This document shows positions 34,350 through 48,900 of a DNA stretch of 64,000 nt, one piece after another; within the stretch, counting starts at the first letter, position 1; the number at the start of each line of letters is the position of its first letter. The stretch lies in NCBI RefSeq assembly GCF_036588685.1, contig NC_086386.1, positions 65,844,001-65,908,000 on the forward strand, given 5' to 3'. The notes beneath the pieces are model-generated. The model was not told the DNA's origin, searched no databases, and saw only the letters and a program-made list of their open reading frames with translations. The DNA is from Mytilus trossulus. Lineage: Eukaryota. Position numbers and translations under genes: made by a program.

Positions 34350-35833
34350 GGTTTGTTTTTGCAAATGGGCACCCCCATAACTTTTAATAATGAAAGAAAT
34401 TGTTCGTGTAACTGCAATTGTTTGAAACCGAAAATTTGGCTAGATATAATTCAGAAATATTTTTTAGCACCCAAGGTCATGTAGCAATCTATTGAAAAAC
34501 CTATCATCTCCTAAACAGTATGTATACTGAGGCAAATGTAAAGTCTATATAGCTTTTGGGAGATGACAGAATGGTTCAGAAACTGACATTTGGTACGACG
34601 TAACATTATCTAACGTGTTATATATCATACTGAATGGCGGTTAAATTGTGTCAGTTGAAGAAAGAAGAAAAAAACGAGAAAAAAAAACCAACCACAGCAA
34701 TTGCTTTTAACGTGTTACAATTTATAGTAGCTGTATTGAGAACTTTTACAGTTTTAATGAAAATCCGAATAGTAAATCCTACCGTTTTCTCAAATTGTTA
34801 AACTTCGGATTCGAATTAAAAGAGGATAACTATACATGCAATTGTGCCGATAATATAGCTAACTTAAACAAGTTGACAAATGATAGGCGTACATTTACTA
34901 AAAAGCAAAACAAATAGGGGCATATTCAAGTGCACCTTTCATGATGCACTCGCCTTAAATGCAATGAAACAATAAAAGTCATTGCTGCCTGAGAATGATT
35001 GTTGGTTCCGTCTGATACATGTAGCAAAATGACATATCTATTTTATGCAATTTCCTCTCGATTTTGAAATTATTACAATTTGAGATTTCGTAGTAAACCG
35101 TCTAGGAAATGAAGTGTTGTTAATCCTGCTTTCTTTTTCTTCTTCTTTTTTTTTAGTTAAAAAGAGCTATTTATAAAGGTGTAATACCACCATTGATTTT
35201 CCCCTATTAGTCTTTGTTAAATTTGCACTTTTCAAAAAATTGTGTAGAATTTATCTTTGTTTCAAATAAAGAAATACTTGGCATGAGTAAAGTTTTATCC
35301 TGTCCAGTTCTATAGAAAAAGTTTCACATAACATTTCATTGCATATAAGAAAATAACCATCATTGGAAGTTAACCAATCAAATTTCTCCCCTTATGCTAT
35401 CTGTGTACAAGGTTTAGTCACCATGCAACCTCAAGATTACAAAATTTTCTATAGAAATCTGTGTACAAGGTTTAGTCACCATGCAACCTCAAGATTACAA
35501 AATTTTCTATAGAAATCGCAAATAAAAAATAATGGTATTTTGAAATACCCAAGACATTTGTTTATGACTCAGAAATAGTTTTACTGCAATAAAATGTAGG
35601 ATTAATTACCTACAACGGTCAAATTCAAGGGAATATTTTTTTAGACCTACTTTCGTATGCAACTGGATGTGACGTACCATGATTTGGTGGTGTTACACCT
35701 TTAACATAAAAAAAAAAAAAAGAAGAAAATTCCTCGATTAAAGACTCTCTCTATTGTATAAGTTGACGCGTCAGTGCCGGGGCAATGTAAGAAAAAAAAA
35801 ACAAAAAAAACTTGTCCAAGCCGAAAAAAAGTA

Positions 35834-35906
35834 TGTTTCCGCTGAGGATTGAACTCAGGACCTTCCGCGTGTTAAGCGGATGTGATAACCACTACACCAC
35901 GGAAAC
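35834..35906 (-). tRNA. trnV-AAC: tRNA-Val(AAC)
   Basis: Intact copy. Confidence 0.96.
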
Positions 35907-36312
35907 CATTAATGAATTGTGTCTTATTTATTTATTTATTAGTCAGCTGTCCGACTGATCATTGGCGTATTGGTGGTTTTTTAATACTCATTTGCATTAC
36001 TGTGATTTTTTATTAAGAACATTGTATTAAACATTTGAAAAGTCCTTCGTGCAAACTTATAGGAAGCACTTATAAAACCTAAAAGAAGTACGTGATACAT
36101 TCTGAAATATGGAAGAGTGCAGTTGAAAACTTTTCTTTTTATCTTGCTCTCCCCATGTGTGTCAGTGGTTTCATTTTAACCTGTGTGTGCTATAGCAATC
36201 TAAGCTGAGAGGCACAAGTTAGACTCTGATGATATGCCTATTTGTTTAGCGATTTTCACATGATATATAAACTGAAGTATAAGTTCGAAAATATTTGATA
36301 AGTACATTGTCC

Positions 36313-36389
36313 GGTTCTGTGGTGTCTGTAGTGGTTATCACGTCTGCTTTACACGCAGAAGGTCGCGAGTTCGAACCTCGCCAGAACCT
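36313..36389 (+). pseudogene. tRNA-Val(TAC) variant with a 4-bp insertion (CTGT) in the D-arm/A box
   Basis: GGTGT-CTGT-AGTGG instead of GGTGTAGTGG. Confidence 0.85.
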
Positions 36390-37814
36390 GGTTTGTTTTT
36401 GCAAATGGGCACCCCCATAACTTTTAATAATGAAAGAAATTGTTCGTGTAACTGCAATTGTTTGAAACCGAAAATTTGGCTAGATATAATTCAGAAATAT
36501 TTTTTAGCACCCAAGGTCATGTAGCAATCTATTGAAAAACCTATCATCTCCTAAACAGTATGTATACTGAGGCAAATGTAAAGTCTATATAGCTTTTGGG
36601 AGATGACAGAATGGTTCAGAAACTGACATTTGGTACGACGTAACATTATCTAACGTGTTATATATCATACTGAATGGCGGTTAAATTGTGTCAGTTGAAG
36701 AAAGAAGAAAAAAACGAGAAAAAAAAACCAACCACAGCAATTGCTTTTAACGTGTTACAATTTATAGTAGCTGTATTGAGAACTTTTACAGTTTTAATGA
36801 AAATCCGAATAGTAAATCCTACCGTTTTCTCAAATTGTTAAACTTCGGATTCGAATTAAAAGAGGATAACTATACATGCAATTGTGCCGATAATATAGCT
36901 AACTTAAACAAGTTGACAAATGATAGGCGTACATTTACTAAAAAGCAAAACAAATAGGGGCATATTCAAGTGCACCTTTCATGATGCACTCGCCTTAAAT
37001 GCAATGAAACAATAAAAGTCATTGCTGCCTGAGAATGATTGTTGGTTCCGTCTGATACATGTAGCAAAATGACATATCTATTTTATGCAATTTCCTCTCG
37101 ATTTTGAAATTATTACAATTTGAGATTTCGTAGTAAACCGTCTAGGAAATGAAGTGTTGTTAATCCTGCTTTCTTTTTCTTCTTCTTTTTTTTTAGTTAA
37201 AAAGAGCTATTTATAAAGGTGTAATACCACCATTGATTTTCCCCTATTAGTCTTTGTTAAATTTGCACTTTTCAAAAAATTGTGTAGAATTTATCTTTGT
37301 TTCAAATAAAGAAATACTTGGCATGAGTAAAGTTTTATCCTGTCCAGTTCTATAGAAAAAGTTTCACATAACATTTCATTGCATATAAGAAAATAACCAT
37401 CATTGGAAGTTAACCAATCAAATTTCTCCCCTTATGCTATCTGTGTACAAGGTTTAGTCACCATGCAACCTCAAGATTACAAAATTTTCTATAGAAATCG
37501 CAAATAAAAAATAATGGTATTTTGAAATACCCAAGACATTTGTTTATGACTCAGAAATAGTTTTACTGCAATAAAATGTAGGATTAATTACCTACAACGG
37601 TCAAATTTAAGGGAATATTTTTTTAGACCTACTTTCGTATGCAACCGGATGTGACGTACCATGATTTGGTGGTATTACACCTTTAACATAAAAAAAAAAA
37701 AGAAGAAAATTTCTCGATTAAAGACTCTCTCTATTGTATAAGTTGACGCGTCAGTGCCGGGGCAATGTAAGAAAAAAAAACCAAAAAAAAACTTGTCCAA
37801 GCCGAAAAAAAGTA

Positions 37815-37887
37815 TGTTTCCGCTGAGGATTGAACTCAGGACCTTCCGCGTGTTAAGCGGATGTGATAACCACTACACCACGGAAAC
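37815..37887 (-). tRNA. trnV-AAC: tRNA-Val(AAC)
   Basis: Intact copy. Confidence 0.96.
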
Positions 37888-40800
37888 CATTAATGAATTG
37901 TGTCTTATTTATTTATTTATTAGTCAGCTGTCCGACTGATCATTGGCGTATTGGTGGTTTTTTAATACTCATTTGCATTACTGTGATTTTTTTATTAAGA
38001 ACATTGTATTAAACATTTGAAAAGTCCTTCGTGCAAACTTATAGGAAGCACTTATAAAACCTAAAAGAAGTACGTGATACATTCTGAAATATGGAAGAGT
38101 GCAGTTGAAAACTTTTCTTTTTATCTTGCTCTCCCCATGTGTGTCAGTGGTTTCATTTTAACCTGTGTGTGCTATAGCAATCTAAGCTGAGAGGCACAAG
38201 TTAGACTCTGATGATATGCCTATTTGTTTAGCGATTTTCACATGATATATAAACTGAAGTATAAGTTCGAAAATATTTGATAAGTACATTGTCCGGTTCT
38301 GTGGTGTAGTGGTTATACTAGTAACCCGAATTTAACTTGAACGGACAAAAACGTGTTAACGCTATTTAAATGAGATTGATCATTATTTGATAAAGATTGA
38401 CAAAAATTAAAAATTATATTTAATTCATTTCAATTCATATCAATTCATTTTAACGCCAGTCAAAGAGATTTCTCTGCGGTGAATCAATTGAAATCAAGTT
38501 GCTGGTTAGTTGCGTTAAACTAATAGGCCACGCCCCCGTTAAACTATTTCAAACATGCATTAATTCGTTTTAAACATGGATGAGACCCGGGCTTTTTACA
38601 GGTAAATCACCCAAGCAAAACGACCTCGATGTATCTATCGTCTTTTGTTTCAAACTTTAAATGCGTCGGTGCATTACGTTTGCGCGCATTACCATTACAT
38701 TTGCACGCGTGGTTTAAAAATGTCAAACTAGGGAATCTGTTGAAAATAAATATAGTTAGATGGATAACATAAATTTATAACGATGGGCAAGTTGATTTAA
38801 GTTTAAAGACCTAGACTGTCTATATATCGGCATACTCTCACGTTTTTTAATGTTTTAAAAGAAAACATATATTTACGTTTTGGGCATTAAATATAAGTCT
38901 ACTTACCAAATTGAAATGAACATAAACTTTGTTAAAAAAAAATGGAAAAGAAACATTCTGCATTGTTGCTTTCATATAATTTTATTTCCTATACATTTGA
39001 GTGGAAATTTCTAAGTTAAAACTGATTGTAGTATAGATAAAATATTCCATCTAGGTGCTCTCGGTGAAGTTCGCGTTACATATTAAAATGAATTTCATTG
39101 GTCGGACCGTTTGCAAACTTTCAATTCAATACACAATATGGAGTCCAGTTCGGAAAAAGAAATCAAATTAAGACTCTACGATGTCCGATTAAACAAACAG
39201 AATTTAGAAAAATAACACTTTTACGATTCTTCCAACCACGACCAAAATATCTATCTTTTTCTCCGCTGAAAATCATTATGAGAACAAGTCAAAAATTGCC
39301 GGAGCTTGATTTATGATGCATACGAAACTTTAATAAATAATTATACGGTTTGTATTTTTCCAAATAACTACTATATCCGATAAAAATCGAAAAAATAAAT
39401 TATCGGTAAAAACTACCGATTTTTCTATGAGACAAACATTATCGTTATATGAGTCGAATTTGTAATATAGATTCATGAAGGACAAACCATATCCTCATGT
39501 TTTTTTATGCAGCACTAGTAAGCATAGTTCGTCTGTTCTCGCTTCAAACCAAACCATCATAAATACACCAGAGATGACTAAAATGGAAGTCTTTTCGCTC
39601 ATTGAGATTTTTTGGTAGGTATTAAGCTTCAATTCGACCATTAACTACCGTAAATTTTAGATTCTTTCAAAATTACGAAAAATATGTTATAATCCTTGAC
39701 CTTCTCAAAGCTTATACTTCGTTCAGTCGATTGTGTGAAAGTTTTTTTTAAGAAACCGGTCTTTTAATGCAAAAAAAAAAAATAAAAGATAAAAGCGATT
39801 TTTGTTTGAAGTAACGAATCTCATTCTTACAAGAAAATGAAAGTTTTCGTGTTTTAGGTTGTGCTGAAGCAAACGTAACAGTTGAAATCAAAGTTACACT
39901 CCGAGATTACACTAAAGACATTTCGCTAGCACACATGGGACTAGATTTATTAATTGTTCATTTGCAGGTCAAAATTAATAATTATGCAAAACAAATGATA
40001 AAACTTCCCAATTTAAAATTGAGAAAAATCCGACAGGAAACCAAAGTACAAAGGTACGGCATTTATTTGAAAACAATCTCCATCCAACTTCAAAATGTGA
40101 GGTAAATCGATAAGCTTACGCTAGCCAAGCAACCAACAGACAAAATAAATCTTGCCTCTCCGATCAAGACTATCTATAGACACGGAATAAAAAATAACGG
40201 AAAATAACAGCATGTTAGAATGGTTACAAACACATGTATGCAAACATGAAGCAGCTGTTTCTTTACTGAACTGGTCAGTGGTAATACAAAGCCAGGGTTT
40301 CAAAAAGAGGAAGAAAAAGAAAAAGACATTTAAACATGCTAAAATTTATGAAAAGGCAAATCAGACATAGTGTTTAACTAAAATTGAAAAAAAAAGGATC
40401 ATAATAGTCTATAATTTGTAAACATTTATTTCAGAAAGCTAACAACAAAATGAAAGGAAACTATGTATTGCTTAAACACATTGATCAGAGCCGTAACAGA
40501 CTCATGTTTGAAATTTTAAAACAAAGTCACAGTACAAAGGCTTGTCTTCATATCAAATTGTTTTCACGGCGAATGTCTTGCAATAAGCAAACTCCATTAC
40601 TCCGGTGTCGCCCCGGTATAATTTTGCGTGATCCATGCATTCCCCATTTCCATTCTCAATTTTGTGTTTCTGAATTACTTGTCTTTTGTTCATTTACTTC
40701 CCTACTAAATGTCTATAGTCTAAGTGTTAATTTTCATTTGTAAATGTCTGGTTTCGCAATGATGCATGTCCACAAATATCCAGACATTGTGCGGAAAAAT

Positions 40801-42229
40801 ATAGTTTAGAAGATATTATTCTATGCTGAATACAGAAAACATATAGTCGTTTCTTCAGGGAAGATTTGAACTCTAACATTAAAGAGTACCAAACTGGCTT
40901 TTCTTTTTGAGTATTTCCATCCGGTGTCTTACATTTAAGGGTTTAACTTGTATTAACATGAATAAGTCGTGTCAACTTACTGTCAAGATAGACGCCTTTA
41001 TAGAAAATAAAGGACTGTGGGGTAAACATACACGGGACCTAATCGAACACAAAGTTAGAGCTTAACAAAAATACAAATTATCAATGGTCAGCGTTTTTAT
41101 TCCTGGTCATCTTTATAGTCGCTAGCTATAGAGGGTCTTCAACAATGAAAGAATCTGAGAGTACTTAAGTTTCTGACAGCTAGTTCACATTGCTACGTTT
41201 AAAGTCTTCCTGTCCGTCATCCCGCAATCTGATAATTTGATTTTCTGTCTCAGGACCTGCGCATAATGCCATATATAAAATACTTGCCACTGAACATTGA
41301 ACCAAGTAAAATCAATACACATCGTTTCATATGTAAAAAAAAACAATCTACAGATGATTATGCATTTCTTAGTTATAGTTAGATTCCCTTTTGTGGGAGT
41401 TGAACACTTTGCGGGACAATTTTCTTCTCATGGGAAGATATATTTTTCCCATGGGAATATTAGTTTTTTCTTTTTTTTCCTTCAGAATTTGTAAAAGTGC
41501 TCTGAAATATCGAAATGGACTGACAATCATGCACTAGTAACCAATGACTGGAACAATTTAACAGGCATTTCAATAAATTAAAAGTATTTCAATCATACAC
41601 TCAAAAGTCTTTTTATATCGTTGAATGATTGATAGAAATTCTACCGTCCAGCAGATGATTTTACAATTTGAATCTTTCACCTTTGTTTTCGGTCAATATC
41701 ATCGTGCATTTCATGTAATAGTGTTTGCTGAACTGTCAAGTATCAGAAACATGTCTTTTGAATTTCAGAATTAAAATTATAATTTTGTTTTAATCTATAA
41801 TTAAACATGGGGAATGTCGAATCGTGTTTTAGATTGTTTTCTAATTTTAACCTTTTAATTTCGTGAATTTACATCATAATTATTATGAATGTAATTATTC
41901 TTTTTAGTGTAACTCGATATGCGTGTTTTTCGCCACTACAAAGATGTGCACGTACTTTTTCTAGATCTTTTATAACCTCTCAGGTAATTTTCAAAGAAAA
42001 TCCAGAGTTTTCGGCATTTACAAGGACGCGTACGGATGAGGATTAAAAATATAATCTTTGTGATATATTCACTTGTACTTTACCCGTAGGCTGTCTTCGT
42101 GTACTGTAATTTATGGTTTAAAGGAATACGATTACTTTATTTCTCATAAAACTTCAATTACTAGTTATCAAGAACATACATAAACATAACTATAAGGTAA
42201 AATTAATACATGCATGTGTAAACGATACA

Positions 42230-42700
42230 ATTAAATTAACTTGGAGGACTGACTTTCCCATTTATAACTTTTACATAGTTTTTCTTATATTACAATATTT
42301 GATGAGTTTAACTGTTGATCAGCTTTAAAGATATAAGGGTTTGACTAACAATAGTTCCTTAAAAATTTCCTTCTTTTTATATAGTTTATATGTTCTACAA
42401 TTCATAATGTAATGGTACTCGTCATCAATGTTGTTTGTGTCATAGAGACGACATATTCTGTCTTCTCTGTGTAAATCCTGACACCTTCTGGACTCAATCG
42501 GCAACTACCACATCTATATCTGCGTAATATATGAATTTAGAAATGTAAAAGGGAGTTTTCTAATTGATAATTCTTTTTGAAAATATGACAGCATTATGTT
42601 TTATGCGATTCTGCATGAAAGCAAAGAATTCTTCTTGAAACTGGTCCTTGGGGTTTTGTTTAATACATTTTGACACCCATTATCACAAACTGTGCACAAT
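42230..42700 (-). pseudogene. Degenerate 3' fragment of a non-LTR retrotransposon ORF (RTE-X/CR1-like C-terminus)
   Basis: Hand translation with frameshifts gives IKQNPKDQF...RYRCG..PIESRRCQDLHREDRICRLYDTNNIDDEYHYIMNC, a decayed RxC..C....DE.H....C finger. Confidence 0.65.
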
Positions 42701-45004
42701 TACGGAAAACTAATATACGTCCTTGCTGTGCACTATAATTCGAAATAGTTGTAAATTGCAATTTTTTTGAATTTCTATTTTTTCCTCACTAGTTAGGTGA
42801 AAGTATGTTAAAAATTTATTGTAAATTGCGAAAATGCATTACGAGCATAAATCTATAATTTTAAGTTAGAATTTAGAGTCTCAACTTTTTTTCAAAATCT
42901 CTTTAATATTACTGATGTATTATTTATGTTTATGTCAAAGGCGTTTGATTGGATAAAAGTTAAAGTTAGGCGTGGTTTTTGGTAACTTTCCTCCAATCAA
43001 CTGGCCCATTCGACAAACCTGTGTGCGCTGATGCGTGTAAACTGGGTATTGTAACGGTACGTGTCTTACATCAGAACCTATCGTGCGTGACCAATGTTTA
43101 TTGTATAATTTCTTGTCACGTGGTCAAATTATCTGAAATACAAGTTCTAAAGGTGCACTACAGCAGAATTACAGTTTCAGTTGTTATAATTCAGACACAA
43201 ATTAATATGGTTATTTTGAAATCTGCTGCATGGTTTATTCCATTAGCAATCATATTCAAGAAAAGTTGTAAATCTTGAATATTCTGTAATATCTTTATGA
43301 AGCGTGATTGAGAAGTAGATTCACACAGATACTGCAATCATTGTCATCTTTAAAATTTACTTTGCATGCACCAAATTTCTAATCCATTTGTTTAGAACAA
43401 TAAAATATGTTTAAACTACAAAATATCTAAATGAGATTACATAGGAATAACTTGTGGTGTATTCATGTATACTAGTATGTAATAATAATAAAAAGAAACC
43501 AACAGCACTATTTGACGAAGACGAAGACGAAATAAAAGATTGAATTCTAACGTCCAGTGACATATATTACAATGATGTCGAAACAGAACTTGAAATCGAC
43601 AATAGGTTTTCATAGAACCGTCGCTTTTCCAAAGAATTCACGCTAAGTTGCGATTTCACAACTTCGGGTTCGCATTATAGTTATACATGTACAAAATAAC
43701 TAACAATAAACAAATTCTGATGATTTCTTCAACTGTTCTAGGACTTTCTAGTTGTAATATAAATCTGTGGTTTTTCTATATTCGTACTTTCGACGAAGCA
43801 AAGCAGTTCGATCTAGATCTGGACATGTATGCATTAAACATTTACAATATTCAATAGTTGTACATTTTTTTGTAGAACATGTAGAAAAATCCGTCTTTTC
43901 GGATAAAATCTTAATTTACGTACCATTGTAAAATTGAGAACGGAAAATGAGGAGATGCATATACGGACCCTGGATTTAAATCAGATATGATCTGGCGTTT
44001 TTTTTCTTTTTTCAAAATACATATTTTTAATTGTGACTATCTTTAGTTTCGAATCTTTCTTTCATTCTAATTAATTTAGTTTAAATGAAAATAAGGAAAT
44101 TGGAATTAAAACACTGTTGAAGAGAAACTACATATTCGGGTTAAATTCACCTTAGTTTGTTAATTCAAGTTTGACATCTAACATCATAATCCGTAATCCA
44201 CATTTACCCGACAACCTTAAATTGTTTATTGTATTTTATCAATCGAATATCCTCACACAAGAGACTGAGACAAAATAAGTTATTTGTAAGGGTATTTATC
44301 AAAACTGAAATGATTGAAAATATCTTTGGAGAATATGAATTTGCCTAATAAGCGAATAATTATAATACATATATTTCAACATCTTCAATAGAGAGATTAC
44401 TGATAAGATGTCCAAAATATATGTACAGGTATACATTTTGCGATTAAGTGCTCTATAGTATGTCAATGATATCGAATGCCCGCTGAGTGTTAAACATGTA
44501 TGACACTGCTGGTTTTAATTTTCTGACTCAAGTATAAATTTAAGAAAAGTTAATAGTTTCTGAATATTTTTAGATTCAATATTTTATCATTGTTATTATT
44601 TTTTAAAGTCTCACCACATACAAACATAAAATGAGAATCACAGAACTAAACAAAACATTTAAACATTTGCATTGTGTGCATCAATCTTTAAAAAGATAAA
44701 TGAGACGCGTATAAGACACAATATATAAATATAAACAAATTTTTACTCATTTATATTTAAATTTACAGTGTCCGTATATAACAAATAAAATGAAACACCT
44801 TTTTATATAAGAACAAGTGAAATAAAATGCCGTTTCTTTTCAATAAAATATTGTTGATGTTTTTGACATCTATTGCAGCAACATTGTCGTTATTGAATTA
44901 ATATATAAATTTTTCGCTATTTGATACTTATAAATTAAAATCACGGTTAAGCTTAATGTATTATTATATGTCTATAATGGGCATTTTAAAAGGACAGGAA
45001 TATA

Positions 45005-45325
45005 AAAAAGAAGATGTGGTATGATTTCCAATAATAAATTTGTTTATTAAAGTGTCAATTTGACAACAGTCCACAAGAGACCAAAATGACAGAGACATTA
45101 ACAAATATAGGTCACCATACGGCCTTCAACAATGAGTAATGCCCATACCGCAATGAATGAAAAATAAATATGTAAAACATAAACAAACGACAACTATACT
45201 GAATTGCAGGCTCCTGACTTGGGACAGGCGCATACATAAATAATGTGGCGGGGTTAAAATTGTTAGCGGGCTCCCTACCCTCCCCCTAGTCTCGATCAGT
45301 GGTATAACAGTACATGTACAACATA
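45005..45325 (+). repeat. Interspersed host repeat (AAGATGTGGTATGATT...ATAGGTCACC..GGCCTTCAACAATGAG); inverted partial copy at ~46002-46090
   Basis: Two related copies in opposite orientation plus a stub near 47000. Resembles an abundant mussel repeat (recognition only). Confidence 0.6.
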
Positions 45326-45666
45326 ATAACGAAAAAAGAGGGTTTGGATGGGGTTAAATGATTAAAGAATAATGCCCTTGAAAAATGAAGATAAGAGAAT
45401 AATGGGCATAAAAAAAAAAGATTAGAGAAATGCATGGTCTAAAAATATAATGAACATTGAATGATTAATAAAAGAAAACGCTAAAAATTAACTGGTAACA
45501 GAATTTTCCCTTCTTAAAATTTAAAGAAAATTATCAAAGTTATCATTGTAAAAATATGATAAAAGTGAAAACAATCTTGGTAAACCTTTTTTGGTTTCGT
45601 GATAACAGACTATAGGATTCAGTCAATATGAACTGGTTTCCGATACTTCTACTCGGGCTTTAAATT

Positions 45667-45973
45667 CAGTGGCGGATCCAGAGGGGGCGTAGAGGGCGTA
45701 CATCCCCCTTTTGACCGGACTTTTCTTTTTAAAATGATTAATCAGACTAGACTTCGTGAATTAATAGGGAGATACAGCATCTAAAATGTCCAACCCTTAC
45801 ACCTTACCAGCAACTATAAAATATGCATGCCCCACGTCAGGAACCGTTTAAAAAGTGCATATTTCACTTATTTTATGTTTGTAGTCCTAAAAAGGGGCCA
45901 AAACAATATTTCGCCTTGCTTCCCTCGTTACAAAACTACAGCCCCTCTTTCAAAAAACCTGAATCCGCCCCTG
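45667..45973. mobile_element. ~307-bp MITE with CAG(T/G)GGCGGAT(C/T)CAG TIRs (hAT-like)
   Basis: CAGTGGCGGATCCAG ... CTGAATCCGCCCCTG. Flanks tttaaatt/tttatatc could be a decayed 8-bp TSD. Confidence 0.65.
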
Positions 45974-48900
45974 TTTATATCTGACTATGCGGTTGACTTT
46001 AGCTCATTGTTGCATGCCGTACAGTGACCTATAGTTGTTAATTTCTGTGTCATTTGGTCTCTTCGAAGAGTTGTCTCATTGGCATCTTCTTAATTATGTG
46101 TAGTCAAAATCACTGGAAAGAACTGATGAGAATTTGGACTTGTTACTTTATGGAACTAGCACTTAAATCATGCAGAACAATACACACCAACACGTCATTG
46201 TTGAGAAACAAATGAAAGCCTTGCTGTTGTTTGGAAATCACCGTTCTCATTCATTTAAAAGAATGATTTTTTCAAAGATTAAAGAAAACTGGGGAAAAAA
46301 TTAGAGAATAATGCGTAAAAAATTACTTTTAAAGAATAGACTTATTTTTTGAAGATTAGAGAAAAAAGGGATGAAAATTAAATGTTTACAGAATAACAGA
46401 CCCCCCCCCCCCCCCCCCCCCGATTCAGACCCTCCTATAAGAACCATTTTAAATAGGCTTAACTCATTAGATGGACAAAAAGATGGAGGGGATGGTGTGT
46501 AATATTTGTAACTGGGCGTTAAGCAATCATGAATCATTTGATCTATTATATTTTCATTTCTTTATTCTGTAATTTAAAGTGCTTATCCCATTATCATCTT
46601 TATTTCTGTAAACTCTATTTATTTACTTTCATAGCTTCATATTTGTACATGTACATGGTATTTGAAACAGGAACAATATACCGTCGTATATTACAAAAAT
46701 TGAGAATGAAAATGAGGAATGTGTAAAAGAGACAAAAACCCGACTATAGAGCAGACAAAAGAGGAAGGCCTAAATTACGGGTCTTCAATGTAGCGAGAAA
46801 CTCATGCGTATACATACATTCATTATTGTATGCACATATCATGCTTGTACCAGAGACATATAATACAATTATATGTCTCTGGATAAACATAATTATTTAG
46901 AATTAAAAAGAGTATAGTTATCAATAAGTTTAAAGTGAAAAATCGCGAATTATCCCTTTATGGCTTGATGAAGATCTTCATCAAAGAACGAATGAATAGA
47001 AGAAGATGTGGTATGCTTGTCAATAATTTAATTCACCGTACATGTGGAATACCGTACGATAGTTTTTTGGTCTAAAAAAGAATACATCTACTACATGTCT
47101 TTGATTTAACAAATGATAAAAGATCTGGCATAAAAACGTGGTTCTGAATATAATCTAAAAATTGAAGAAAAAGGCAGACTAAGACGTTATACAATTTAAA
47201 GAATACCAATCTTAAAGTTTTATAACTTAGAGGTATACTGTCCCCCTTCTTTTAACCTACAAGAAAACTTCACGAGAGCCGATGATTAAATATCCACCTT
47301 GTTTTTCCGTATATATATATATATATTAAATAACTGAAGAAGCAATTCAAAGGATATTCAATTTGTTTCAATATTGCCTAAAACTGAGGCTACTATAACT
47401 TTTATACATGAAGTAGTCTCAGCCGAAAACAATACATTATATTGATAATATAAGCAAGTGTGACAAACCAAATTGAATCACAAATTTGTTGTTTGGGATT
47501 GTTCATGGTTCACTTATATTCCTTTCACGGATTTGGCTATACTTTTGGACCTTTTGGATTATAGCTCTCCGTCTTTTATATTAAATTTGCTTTTGATTTC
47601 ATATATTTTGGCCTCAAGCATCACTGAAGAGACATGTATTTTCGAAATGCGCATCTGGTACAAGAAAATTGGTACCGTTAATTGTATTCTATATTAACCA
47701 GTGACACGTGTCCTAATTTTTAAGAAAAGGGATAGAAAAAGTATGAAACAAAAATATCCGGTTTTTCAAAACTATATTTTCAAAATGCATTGCATGATTT
47801 AAACCGATTTAAAGTGTTTCATTTATTTTATGTTTGTGCGTTTACGAAAAAATGATAGAAAGTTAAACTTCAATGTTCATGACTTACAAGTATTATATTT
47901 CTTGTAAAATTGATAGATGAGCGGTTTTCACAAATACCGAACATAAGAATATATCGTAAACGTCAATTAATGAACAAGCAACCCAACGAGAAAAATATAA
48001 TTTCAGAGGCATCTACATGTACATCTATAAGTAGTTTTGATTTAGAGAAATCATTCACAAGTTCATTGCCATATGATTCTATTCAGATTTGTGCGTTTTT
48101 TCGATTTACGAATAAGATACAAAAAAATAATTGAAGCAAAAGAAAGAAAGAGACATGAAATAACGAATTAACATAAGTTTACAAATACATACCTAGATGC
48201 ATTTACCAAAACAATATTTGAACTTATTAATACATTTTTTCATATTATTGTAATTTTATGTTTATGTACCCGATATGGAGTTCTTCTAAAATTAAAAAAA
48301 CACTTGAATGGGTATTTCTGGTGTATATACATGTATCACACTTGCTATCTACATGTACAATATACGGAAATGACACGGCTGGGTATTGTAAAGTTACTGA
48401 AGGTAGATTACTGGCAGGTGTATATCCCCGGGCGAAGAATTTACTGATTTGTCAAAACGGTTAGATGTAATTTGTCATTTTGTTAAGGTTTGAATCGCGC
48501 TCATCTCTTTTTTTTTATTATATGAATTGCACCAATAAATGAAACTTGACACATTCCCCATTTCCATTCTCAATTTTATTAATTGTGTCATATTTATCTC
48601 GAAACTATTAACCTATTTACACGTACATGTAACATTAGAATACTTACTTCAACTGTTGAATAACTTTATAATTACTAAAATTCAAAATTATGTACTTCTC
48701 CTTCCGTATGCTATGTTTTTTTGTGTCAATTCTATCTTTCCATCAGGTCCAGAGTGCACTTTTTTTGTCAGTCTAAGTGCTCTAAGGAGGCCCTTTCAGT
48801 TTGAGATTTCTGTACCTACATGTAAATACCTAAAAGGACCTCCTCAGTGCACTAAGAAGAAACATTTGAAAACAAGTCTATGATATTTGCACAATTAAAT

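Noticed and set aside
45338-46434. Possible larger MITE with GAGGGT(C/T)TG(A/G)AT-GGGG termini enclosing the hAT-like MITE
   Set aside because: Termini are too degenerate and there is no clear TSD, so it is not called as a feature.
39098-48883. Short 60-114 aa ORFs inside the TIR element as transposase or genes
   Set aside because: No DDE, zinc-finger or other motifs, several overlap interspersed repeats, and sizes are as expected by chance.
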